Notes: generated by a model not told the origin, from the letters alone. DNA of 20,855 bases from Candidatus Hermodarchaeota archaeon (GCA_048885925.1 JBHLLG010000050.1:1-20855); one strand, 5' to 3'. Counted from the stretch's first letter, positions 1-8,223 are shown. Numbers and translations are program-made.

Positions 1-352
1 TCTCTAGCATTTTAATCCTTTTCTCTTGCTGTTCAATAAAAAGATTTAATCCATTTTGTTTAATTAATCTAAGGTTCGAAAGAGATACGCGATGAGATAT
101 AAATGAATCACATCTATCCCATTTATCTATTTTTGAGCATGGAAATTCATCACACTCAGCGCATGTCTCAAAATTGTTTGTCTTTACACAACAGGTTATA
201 ATTGAACAAGATGGGTGCTTGTTAAAGAAATCAGGACCACAGCAGCCGGGGCATTTTGAGGGTCCTTGAGTATAATATGTAGGGCATAAACCGCAATCTA
301 ATCCACAACACGCTATTGTAGGATACTTCTTTATAGGGTGTTCTTTTACCAT
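1..352 (-). CDS. Cys-rich DUF3795-like protein (3' end runs off the window)
   Basis: Absent from the ORF track. Manual translation from ATG at 352: MVKEHPIKKYPTIACCGLDCGLCPTYYTQGPSKCPGCCGPDFFNKHPSCSIITCCVKTNNFETCAECDEFPCSKID..., open to position 1. The CGxDCxxCP...CxGC...CAECxxFPC pattern is typical of DUF3795. Confidence 0.85.
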   Translation of the reverse strand, partial: MVKEHPIKKYPTIACCGLDCGLCPTYYTQGPSKCPGCCGPDFFNKHPSCSIITCCVKTNNFETCAECDEFPCSKIDKWDRCDSFISHRVSLSNLRLIKQNGLNLFIEQQEKRIKMLE

Positions 353-485
353 TATAATGGCTCTTAATTGAAATTTTTGATATTTATTAGAAGCATTTTA
401 AAAAATAAAAGGTTATAGAGAAAAATATTAAAAATATGAAATAATTCTTAGGATTAATCTAAAGGGAAAAATGTGAAATTTTGAA

Positions 486-2828
486 ATGAAAGCATCAACC
501 TTGAAAAAATTGAATTTGATAATTGAAGAAGCTAATTCATTTAAGGATAAAAATAATTTTCTGAAAGCAATAAAAAAATTCCAGGAAGCATTAAATTTTA
601 TTAATGATAAGGTTAAAGACCCCGAAGATAAAAATATTGAAATTGAAAACATAAAAAATGCAATTAATCAAACTTATTCTGTTCAAGTTGATAATATCAT
701 TCAAGGAGCAATTCATTTAACTGCTCAAAAAAAATTTGATAAAGCTAAAGAAGAGTTCCAAAAAGCTCTGGAAGTATGCGAAAATATTGACGACATTGAT
801 TTGAAAGATACGGAAAAAGAGGAAATTGCCAAATTAATTAGTGAAAATGAAATAGAAAAAATAGTGGCAAAAGGAATAGAGTTAAAAGTTCAAAATAAGC
901 AAGATGAAGCAGTAGAAATGTTTAAAAAGGGTTTAAAAATCGCAGAGGTTACTTATGATACTGAATTTACACCAGAAGCTTTATCAAGGATTAAAAAAGA
1001 AATTTCTCAAATCTATGATTCTCAGATTGATGAAATAGTTGAAAAGGGTAAAAAATTAAAACAAGAAAATCAATTAGATGAATCAATTAAAAATTTTGAA
1101 AAAGCTTTGAAGACTATTGAAAAATATTTCGATGCAGGGGATAAAAAAAACCAAATTACTATCATTAAAAATTCTATTAATGAAATTTATTCCTCTCAAA
1201 TTAAACCTGTATTATTGAAAGGAAAAGACCTTATTAAACAAAATCTTATAGATCAAGCTATTTCTGAATTGAATAAGGCTTCCTCTTTAGCTAATAAAAT
1301 GTTTGATTCGGATCTTAAAAACATTGAACTAAGTCTTATCGCTGAAGTGTTAAATCCGATCTTTGTTGAACGTATTAAATTAATAGTGGAGAAGGGTAAA
1401 CAAATAACATCTCAAGAAAAGTTTGAAGAATCAATAAATTCTATTAACGAAGCAGTTGATCTTTTCAGAAAATCTCTTGATATTGCTAATGCTATGGTAC
1501 ATTCAGAAAGAAAAGAAATAATTGTTAAAGAAATTAGTGAATTGATAAATAATGCCTGCACTTCCGGGATTAATGTGATTAAAAATAATTCAATTCAATA
1601 TATTGTCCAAAAAGAATATGAACAGGCTGTAAGCGATTTATATATTGCTTTAAGCTTAGCAAAAAGAATGATATATCCGGAAAATAAAAATCTTGAATTA
1701 GAAAACCTCAAAAATCTTGTTAATAAAGTTTATTTTGCTGAAGTTTCAGAAGTTGTAAATAAAGGAAAGAAATTAGTTGAAGAGAAGAAATTTCAAGGCG
1801 CTATTGATATTTTCAATGAAGCACTTACTATGACTAATAAAATGTATTTAACTAAAGAAATGGAAAAAGAAGTTGGTATGATTAAAAGTTTAATTTATGA
1901 AACTGAGGTAAAATTACTTGTTGATAAAGGAGGTTTAGCAGAAGAACAAAAATTAAAGGAAAAAGAAATCGAGAAACTCAAAAAAAAATTAGAGTATGCT
2001 CAATCAATAGATGATCCCGAAAGAAGAACCGCGGAAATGAGTAAAATAAAAAAATTAATAGATGAGGTGCATTCAGAAGAAATCAAATTTTTAATTGAAC
2101 AAGGTACTCAACTCGCTGATTTAAAAAAATACGACGATGCCTTCAAATTTTATGAAAAAGCCTTAAAAGTTAATGAGTTAATGGAATCACCAGACGTTAA
2201 AAATAAAGATTTAATAAAAACATCTTATAAAAAAGAACTTATTAATAGAGCAAAATTAGAAATTGAGTATAAAAATTATGATAGTGCCATCGAAGATTGT
2301 AGAAGAGCTTTAGAACTAGATGAAATTTTTGTTGAGGCATATTATTATATTGGAATTTCTTACACTTATAAAAAAAAATATGAGGCTGCAATTGATAGTT
2401 TTCAAACCGCTGTTAATTATAATAAAAAACACGTTAAATCATGGAATGCCATGGGCTTAGCATATGAAGCAAAAGAGGATTATGAAAATGCCCTTAAGAA
2501 TTTAAATAGAGCAATAGAGATCGATCCAGGTTTTTACAAGGGGTGGTATAATCTTGGAAATGTTTATATATTAAGAAAAGAATTTGATAAAGCAATTGAG
2601 AGTTATAAAAAGGCAATAGAAATAAATGAAGAGCATGCGAAGGCATGGTTCTTTATGGGTATTGCTTATTTCGATAAAAAGGATTATAATGAGGCTATTG
2701 ATAATGTTGAAAGAGCAATTACAATTGATCAAAATTTAGGCCAGAATATTATTCCTAAAATAAAAGATTTAAAAGCAGCCATTAACAAACTTCAAGAATC
2801 TCTTTCAAATTCTTTCATGAGTAGATGA
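486..2828 (+). CDS. Large alpha-helical repeat protein with C-terminal canonical TPRs
   Basis: 780-aa ORF. The C-terminus has 34-aa TPR consensus units (AYYYIG...AIDSFQTA; SWNAMGLAY...ALKNLNRAIEIDP; GWYNLGNVY...AIESYKKAIEIN; AWFFMGIAYF). The N-terminal ~580 aa is a ~58-aa helical repeat. Confidence 0.9.
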   Translation: MKASTLKKLNLIIEEANSFKDKNNFLKAIKKFQEALNFINDKVKDPEDKNIEIENIKNAINQTYSVQVDNIIQGAIHLTAQKKFDKAKEEFQKALEVCENIDDIDLKDTEKEEIAKLISENEIEKIVAKGIELKVQNKQDEAVEMFKKGLKIAEVTYDTEFTPEALSRIKKEISQIYDSQIDEIVEKGKKLKQENQLDESIKNFEKALKTIEKYFDAGDKKNQITIIKNSINEIYSSQIKPVLLKGKDLIKQNLIDQAISELNKASSLANKMFDSDLKNIELSLIAEVLNPIFVERIKLIVEKGKQITSQEKFEESINSINEAVDLFRKSLDIANAMVHSERKEIIVKEISELINNACTSGINVIKNNSIQYIVQKEYEQAVSDLYIALSLAKRMIYPENKNLELENLKNLVNKVYFAEVSEVVNKGKKLVEEKKFQGAIDIFNEALTMTNKMYLTKEMEKEVGMIKSLIYETEVKLLVDKGGLAEEQKLKEKEIEKLKKKLEYAQSIDDPERRTAEMSKIKKLIDEVHSEEIKFLIEQGTQLADLKKYDDAFKFYEKALKVNELMESPDVKNKDLIKTSYKKELINRAKLEIEYKNYDSAIEDCRRALELDEIFVEAYYYIGISYTYKKKYEAAIDSFQTAVNYNKKHVKSWNAMGLAYEAKEDYENALKNLNRAIEIDPGFYKGWYNLGNVYILRKEFDKAIESYKKAIEINEEHAKAWFFMGIAYFDKKDYNEAIDNVERAITIDQNLGQNIIPKIKDLKAAINKLQESLSNSFMSR

Positions 2829-2864
2829 TTAAGTTTAAATGTCATTCATAAAACTCTGACTATT

Positions 2865-3278
2865 TTAATCCTCTTTTAAAAAAATAGTATCAAAACTTAC
2901 TCCAATAGCTTGACAAATACTATACAACTCTTTTTCATTAAAAGCTTTTAATAAAGTATCATCATCAATATTCTTTAGCTTTATTAATCGCTCTGCTTCA
3001 ATGCCAGAATTTTCTGAAATTACTTCCAGTTCCTCTAAAGTCTTACACCCTAAAAGATCTTTTATAACTGGTTCAAAATAGAAGATATCCTCTATAGATT
3101 TATTAAAAAGCCCTGAAATCTTAAGAGAAATTGTCAGAGAAGGATTATAGGATCCTTTTTCTAAATAATAAACCGTTTGGCGAGAAATACCTACTAAATC
3201 AGCCAGTTCCTGCTGAGTTATATTCCTTTCTTCTCTTAAATCTTTTATTCGGGTAACTAATTTTTTTTGTAATTTCAA
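2865..3278 (-). CDS. XRE/Cro-C1 family HTH transcriptional regulator (COG1476-like) with a C-terminal degenerate HTH-like extension
   Basis: IKDLREERNITQQELADLVGISRQTVYYLEKGSYNPSLTISLKIS...IEDIF is a classic HTH_3 motif. TTG start follows a GTGAG SD-like motif. Confidence 0.9.
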   Translation of the reverse strand: MKLQKKLVTRIKDLREERNITQQELADLVGISRQTVYYLEKGSYNPSLTISLKISGLFNKSIEDIFYFEPVIKDLLGCKTLEELEVISENSGIEAERLIKLKNIDDDTLLKAFNEKELYSICQAIGVSFDTIFLKED

Positions 3279-3343
3279 TAAATTCTCACTAAATTATTAT
3301 TTTTTAAAAAAAAATATTAAATTAATAAAAACTGAGTTAATTT

Positions 3344-4171
3344 TTAGACAAATTTGAAGAGATCCTCGATTTTACAGTTAAGAACTTCTGAAAGTTTGTA
3401 TGCTAATGTTAAACTAGGATTATATCTTCCCTCTTCTAAATAATTGATAGTCTGAATAGGAACTCCTACTTTCTCAGCTAACTGAGCCGCTGTTAATTGA
3501 TTTTTCTCTCTCAATTCTCTAATTGAAGTTTTAAGTCTTTCTCCTTCACGGATTTTTGAAAGAATGTAACTTATAAAATTATCAAAAGCTAATTCTTCAG
3601 GCTTAAAGATTTTATCCTCTAAACCACTAGGAATTTGAGAAAATTTTGTCATCATCTCTTTTATCTTGTTCTCTATTATATAAGGATCTTCAAGTCCCGG
3701 AATAAGACCTTCGGGTCGAATATAACCGCCACCCCCTCCAGTTGCCATACCGCTAGCCCCGGCAGTTTCAACTTTTACAGTAAAAATCTTAAATAATCTA
3801 TCAAATACACCGTTAACAATATTAATATTTTGAATCCGAGTATATGGAATTGTTACTCTTTTTTTGGTAAAAACTCCATGTCGAATAATAATATTATTTT
3901 CTAATACTTCATAAGAATACAGCTTTACATATTTATAAAGATACCAGAGTGATAGAACCACAACGATAATATAGGGCAGTAACACAGAATAAATTGTTAG
4001 CCAAAGAACCATATCGAACGTGAATGTTGATTCAAAGAAATGTATTACCCAAAATGACAAGATCATCCATAAGGCATAAAATATAATATACCCAATATTA
4101 ATTTTAAGAATTGTTTTTTTCACATAATTTCGAGAAATACCCCCTTGATATGTAAAATCTTTTTGACTCAT
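3344..4171 (-). CDS. Membrane protein: 2 TM helices + bacterial PH (bPH_2/YdbS-like) domain + C-terminal XRE HTH
   Basis: Two hydrophobic segments, then YSYEVLENNIIIRHGVFTKKRVTIPYTRIQNINIVNGVFDRLFKIFTVKVETAG (bPH_2 signature), then IRELREKNQLTAAQLAEKVGVPIQTINYLEEGRYNPSL...KIEDLF (HTH_3). GGAGG SD lies upstream of the ATG. Confidence 0.88.
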   Translation of the reverse strand: MSQKDFTYQGGISRNYVKKTILKINIGYIIFYALWMILSFWVIHFFESTFTFDMVLWLTIYSVLLPYIIVVVLSLWYLYKYVKLYSYEVLENNIIIRHGVFTKKRVTIPYTRIQNINIVNGVFDRLFKIFTVKVETAGASGMATGGGGGYIRPEGLIPGLEDPYIIENKIKEMMTKFSQIPSGLEDKIFKPEELAFDNFISYILSKIREGERLKTSIRELREKNQLTAAQLAEKVGVPIQTINYLEEGRYNPSLTLAYKLSEVLNCKIEDLFKFV

Positions 4172-4281
4172 TTTATTTTTCCTCCATTTTATAGTAATTA
4201 AAAATTTTTGTAAAAAATATTTATGCTGAAATTTTGATTTTTAAAATCTTGAAATTAGATAATTTAAAGATTTATTTTATT

Positions 4282-4300
4282 ATGTAAAATATGTTTACAT
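4282..4300. promoter_or_regulatory. Palindromic operator ATGTAAA-N5-TTTACAT, candidate site for the adjacent XRE regulators
   Basis: Perfect 7-bp inverted repeat with a 5-nt spacer, ~110 nt upstream of the bPH_2-HTH start. On the minus strand it lies directly downstream of a TTTAAATA box. Confidence 0.6.
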
Positions 4301-4303
4301 TTA

Positions 4304-4311
4304 TATTTAAA
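4304..4311 (-). promoter_or_regulatory. Candidate archaeal TATA box (TTTAAATA) for the bPH_2-HTH/HTH operon
   Basis: Matches the TTTA(A/T)ATA consensus on the minus strand, with an A-rich stretch upstream. The AT-rich background limits specificity. Confidence 0.4.
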
Positions 4312-4706
4312 TATTTGGTTTTTATCTTTATTTATTGTATAGAAGCCTTGTGGCCACTTCCAGGATGATGTTAATTGAGCTTTACATTGAAAAAGTTATA
4401 TAGAAATGTTAAATTTTCTGTAATTTCTAAATTTTGTTCATCTAAAAACCAAAAATTTAAAAAAGAATTTATAATTTTTATAAAATTTTTTAATTATTAA
4501 TGATTTAAAAGTATATTCGTTCATTTTTTGCATAAGATCCCATTTTTTTATCGCCTTCTTTTTTGTCGTTACATAATCTATACAAGTGGGAAAATGATGG
4601 GGAAAGTTTAAATAGTTAAAATAAATATTATAATTAACGTATAATGAATAAATAATATTTCGTTCAGATATTAAATAAAATATCTGGAGGTTTGTTCAAA
4701 AAAATA

Positions 4707-4907
4707 ATGGTAAAAAAAATGCAAAACTTTACATGCGGAGTCAAACATAACTTCGATTCTGGAGTTATTATTGAGAACGATGACCGACAAAGATATGAAT
4801 GGAATTGTTCTACTTGTCAAATGAAAGGAAAAATAATAACAAGAAAAGATCTCAAACAATTTAAAGCAAGTGGAAGAATAGTCTGCCCACTTTTAACCTA
4901 TGAATAA
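4707..4907 (+). CDS. Small Cys/His protein, probable Zn-binding (CxxxH...CxxC...CP)
   Basis: The ORF track gives 4692..4907 from a TTG start. ATG at 4707 is an in-frame alternative. Sequence: FTCGVKH...WNCSTC...IVCP, followed by an oligo-T tract. Confidence 0.65.
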   Translation: MVKKMQNFTCGVKHNFDSGVIIENDDRQRYEWNCSTCQMKGKIITRKDLKQFKASGRIVCPLLTYE

Positions 4908-4926
4908 AAAATTCTATTTTAATTAA

Positions 4927-4942
4927 TTTTATTTTTTTTTTT
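4927..4942 (+). terminator. Oligo-T tract, candidate archaeal terminator
   Basis: TTTTA followed by T11 just downstream of the small-ORF stop, between convergent genes. Confidence 0.4.
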
Positions 4943-4967
4943 ATTACATCTCTAATATTTCTAAAAA

Positions 4968-6236
4968 TCATAATAACATCGCTTTAAAGAATTTAGGGCT
5001 TAGTGTGATTTTTGAAAGAGTAGGTAGTTTACCAAACCATTTTTCACCAACATATCTATCGTTACTCGTATTATGTTTAGAAAGATCGTGGTTTATATAG
5101 GCTTCATAAATATATTTTCTTGCTAATTTATTTTCATTCAACAATTCTGTATAGAGGCGCCATAAACTTTTTACATAGGAACCCTCATTGTAGATTAAAT
5201 ATTCGAGTGCATTTCCATTTTTAAAATACGTAAATAAAATATGTTTAACTTCTTGATCATATTTTTGTAATTCTAATCTACTAAATTTACTATCACTTTG
5301 GAATAATGGTTTTAAAGTATTTGTTGCTATATCAGCACAAGCAACTCCAGGTAGTAAACCTTCATAAAAAAAGGCAGTAACTAATCCCGCTGCTTCCCCA
5401 AGAACAAGAACTCGATCTGTTGAGAAGTTCTTAATAGGGTGTTTAGATATCTCTCCAACTACTGCAGTTGATAAATCATATCTCAATCCATCTATAAAAG
5501 GTTGGATCCGTTTATAATGTTTTAAAATCCGATCAAGCTTTTCAAGAATTGTGTTCTTTGATTCATTTTTTCCACCTAGAAATCCCGTTGCTATTCTCTC
5601 TTTACCTCTATTGAAATAAAAAGGTCCTTTACTCGAGATATTGGGATTTATGTGAAAAGTATAATTATATTCTAAATTTTCATTTATTTTATCTTCATTT
5701 CCAAATAAATGGATTAATACTCCAGTGTAATGATCGGGTATTTCAAATCCTAAGGATCTTTGTAGTTCAAATCCACGTGAACCCGTAGCTAGAGCTAATA
5801 CTTTTGTATTATATGATTCGCCTTTATTATTGATTAATTCAATAGAATCGCTGTGTCTATTAATTTTAGAAACACTTTCATTTGAAGCGAATGTACCTCC
5901 TTGTTGTTCAAGCTGATTAATAAACTCGTGTAATAAATTTTCAGTATAACAAATGTTTCCTAAAGGTATTCCGAATTCTTTAGAGTCGATAACACCATTA
6001 AATTCATCACTCATATAGTTTGACTTTGTATGCGGAGTTGGAAAAATTATCTTATTTTCCCAGTCTATTTCATCCTTGATAAAAGGCTTATTATGTTCAG
6101 GAAATATATTTGTTCTAATAGGTATTTCTTTTCGATAATCTTGAGCCTCAATTAATAGTGTTTTAGCATATTTAGAAATTTTAGAAGCAAACGTAGCACC
6201 AGCAATTCCTGCTCCAATGATGATTACATCATACAT
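4968..6236 (-). CDS. FAD-dependent oxidoreductase, geranylgeranyl reductase-like family
   Basis: N-terminal MYDVIIIGAGIAG Rossmann motif and C-terminal VLVLGEAAGLV...YEG FAD-binding motif. The 422-aa length is typical. Confidence 0.8.
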   Translation of the reverse strand: MYDVIIIGAGIAGATFASKISKYAKTLLIEAQDYRKEIPIRTNIFPEHNKPFIKDEIDWENKIIFPTPHTKSNYMSDEFNGVIDSKEFGIPLGNICYTENLLHEFINQLEQQGGTFASNESVSKINRHSDSIELINNKGESYNTKVLALATGSRGFELQRSLGFEIPDHYTGVLIHLFGNEDKINENLEYNYTFHINPNISSKGPFYFNRGKERIATGFLGGKNESKNTILEKLDRILKHYKRIQPFIDGLRYDLSTAVVGEISKHPIKNFSTDRVLVLGEAAGLVTAFFYEGLLPGVACADIATNTLKPLFQSDSKFSRLELQKYDQEVKHILFTYFKNGNALEYLIYNEGSYVKSLWRLYTELLNENKLARKYIYEAYINHDLSKHNTSNDRYVGEKWFGKLPTLSKITLSPKFFKAMLL

Positions 6237-6460
6237 AATTCTTTCGCACTTTAAAATGAATCGAAATTATTTGTATTAATCATCTTTCCATTTTTAATTT
6301 TTAGAATTGGGTCATTATAATGTCGTGAAAGATAAATTGGAGATTTTATTTTTAGTAGGACAAAGTTTTTTTAGTAGTGTCACCCTCATTTCACATGGTT
6401 AATTTTTTTATTGAATTTTCCAAAAATTAATAAATTTATTTAATTAAAAGGTGATAAATT

Positions 6461-8173
6461 ATAGGATTAAGATTAGCGTCGGGACTTGCTATAACCTCCT
6501 TATTTGCTTTAATCTATGCCCTTATTTTTGTGATTGGTGTTTGGTTCTTACCGTCATCGCTATGGGGTTTGCTTATTATGGTTGCACTTACTCTTGGGAT
6601 GGTTCTTTTTCAATATGCAATATCTCCATTGATTGTTAATTGGCTTTATAGAATTGATTGGATTCCTTATGAAGAGTTTGCTTCTGAATTTCCTCATCTT
6701 GCTGATTCACTTAATAAGGTTGTTGATTATAACAATATTAAAATACCGCGGCTCGGAATTATTAATGATCTCAACCCAAATGCGTTCACATATGGTTGGT
6801 CCAAAAATTCTGCAAGAGTTGTATTAACCACTGGAATACTAAAATATTTAAATAAAAAAGAACAAAATGCTGTGTTTTCACATGAATTAGGACATGTAGT
6901 TCATTCTGATTTCATCTTGATGACTATTGTATTTGCGATTCCATTAGTATTATTAACAGTTGCACGTTGGGCATATTATGCAAGTTGGTTTTCAAGAGCT
7001 AGAAGCTCAAGAGATAGCGATGAAGCTGCTGCTATTAGACTTGCATTACTCGCTATTGCAGCCTTAGCTTATTTAACCTATTATTTAGGTTATTTAATAT
7101 CTTTGATTGTAAGCAGGATAAGGGAGTATTACGCAGATGAGCATAGCGCTGAAGTATTAGAAGATCCGAACGCATTAGCGACTGGTCTTGTTAAGATAGC
7201 TTATGGTTTATTAATCGATAGTAAAGTTGAGGAACGAACAAAATCACGAGTAAGAGCACTAAGAGGCTTAGGAATTTTTGATCCTAGTCATGCTAAAGGT
7301 TTAGGAGTAATAAGTGTTGGAAGAACTCAGACTGTTTCGATGGAGGCAGTTCAAGCAGCTGCAGCATGGGACTTATTTAATCCTTGGGCAAGATATTATC
7401 AAATTTTCTCAACGCATCCGTTACCTGCGAAAAGAATTAGGCGTTTAAACATGTTATGTGAAATCTATGGAATTCAACCTGAAATTGATTTCTCTGATGC
7501 TAGAAGAATTAAAGAAGAACAAGCAGGAAAAACATTAATTGACGAATTTTTATGGGATTTATTCATGAAATATCTTCCTACTATAGTGTTCCTTGGGTTA
7601 ATTGGAGTAAGTATTGTCTGGATATTTGATATGGCTGGCATTATTAGTCTGAATAACGCGTTTTTCACTCCGCAAAATATGTTATTTCTTTGGGCAGTTG
7701 GATTTTATATCATAGGATTTATGTCAATCATTAAGACTAGATACATGTATAAGGGCGGTTTTGATGCGAAAACAGTAATTGACCTTGTTACTAATGTTAA
7801 AGTAAGTCCGATAAGAACCGTTCCTTCTATTTTGGAAGGCCAAATAGTTGGAAGGGGGATTCCTGGATATTACTTTAGTGAAGATATGTACTTCCAAGAT
7901 GAAACTGGTTTAATGTATGTTGATTATCGGTTCGGTATCGGTCTAGTTGATTTAATATTTTCTCTTAGGACCGTTAAAAGGTTAATAGGGCAAAGAGTTC
8001 GTATCAAAGGATGGTACAGAAGAGGACCAATTCCATATATTCAGGTAGATACAATATGGTCTGAATCTGGGACAAGACATAGAAATTATGCAAAATCTTT
8101 ACGATATTTATGGGCAGTTCTAGCGTTTATAATAGGTTTAGCATGTCTATATTTCTGGTTTCAAATCAGATAA
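6461..8173 (+). CDS. htpX: HtpX-like M48 zinc metalloprotease, long form with C-terminal TM and OB-fold-like region
   Basis: Motifs PNAFTYG, HELGH (HExxH), SRIREYYAD and FSTHP. The ORF track starts at GTG 6530, but the frame stays open and hydrophobic back to ATA 6461, which follows an AGGTGA SD. The start position is uncertain. Confidence 0.9.
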   Translation: MGLRLASGLAITSLFALIYALIFVIGVWFLPSSLWGLLIMVALTLGMVLFQYAISPLIVNWLYRIDWIPYEEFASEFPHLADSLNKVVDYNNIKIPRLGIINDLNPNAFTYGWSKNSARVVLTTGILKYLNKKEQNAVFSHELGHVVHSDFILMTIVFAIPLVLLTVARWAYYASWFSRARSSRDSDEAAAIRLALLAIAALAYLTYYLGYLISLIVSRIREYYADEHSAEVLEDPNALATGLVKIAYGLLIDSKVEERTKSRVRALRGLGIFDPSHAKGLGVISVGRTQTVSMEAVQAAAAWDLFNPWARYYQIFSTHPLPAKRIRRLNMLCEIYGIQPEIDFSDARRIKEEQAGKTLIDEFLWDLFMKYLPTIVFLGLIGVSIVWIFDMAGIISLNNAFFTPQNMLFLWAVGFYIIGFMSIIKTRYMYKGGFDAKTVIDLVTNVKVSPIRTVPSILEGQIVGRGIPGYYFSEDMYFQDETGLMYVDYRFGIGLVDLIFSLRTVKRLIGQRVRIKGWYRRGPIPYIQVDTIWSESGTRHRNYAKSLRYLWAVLAFIIGLACLYFWFQIR

Positions 8174-8183
8174 TGAATTAAAA

Positions 8184-8222
8184 TTATTTTTTTCTTCCCT
8201 TTTTTTTCTTTTATGAAAAAAA
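8184..8222. terminator. T-rich tract between convergent genes, candidate terminator region
   Basis: Several T runs on the + strand after the htpX stop, and an A7 run (T7 on the - strand) right after the stop of the opposing gene. Confidence 0.4.
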
Positions 8223-8223
8223 G

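Noticed and set aside
428-652. 74-aa minus-strand ORF
   Set aside because: Antisense shadow of the TPR gene with no recognisable motif.
4340-4400. GC-richer patch with a GTGGCCAC palindrome and ATGATG, considered as a C/D-box sRNA or gene remnant
   Set aside because: No complete RTGATGA box, no CTGA D box at a suitable distance, and no convincing ORF or stem.
4671-4859. 62-aa minus-strand ORF
   Set aside because: Overlaps the + strand Cys/His ORF, which has the better motif pattern, an SD-like GGAGG and a terminator.
6451-6639. 62-aa Cys-rich + ORF, considered as a frameshifted htpX N-terminus or leader peptide
   Set aside because: Its GTG is part of the GGTGA SD. The htpX frame is already open with a sensible TM helix from 6461, so no frameshift is needed, and the Cys content is an off-frame artefact.
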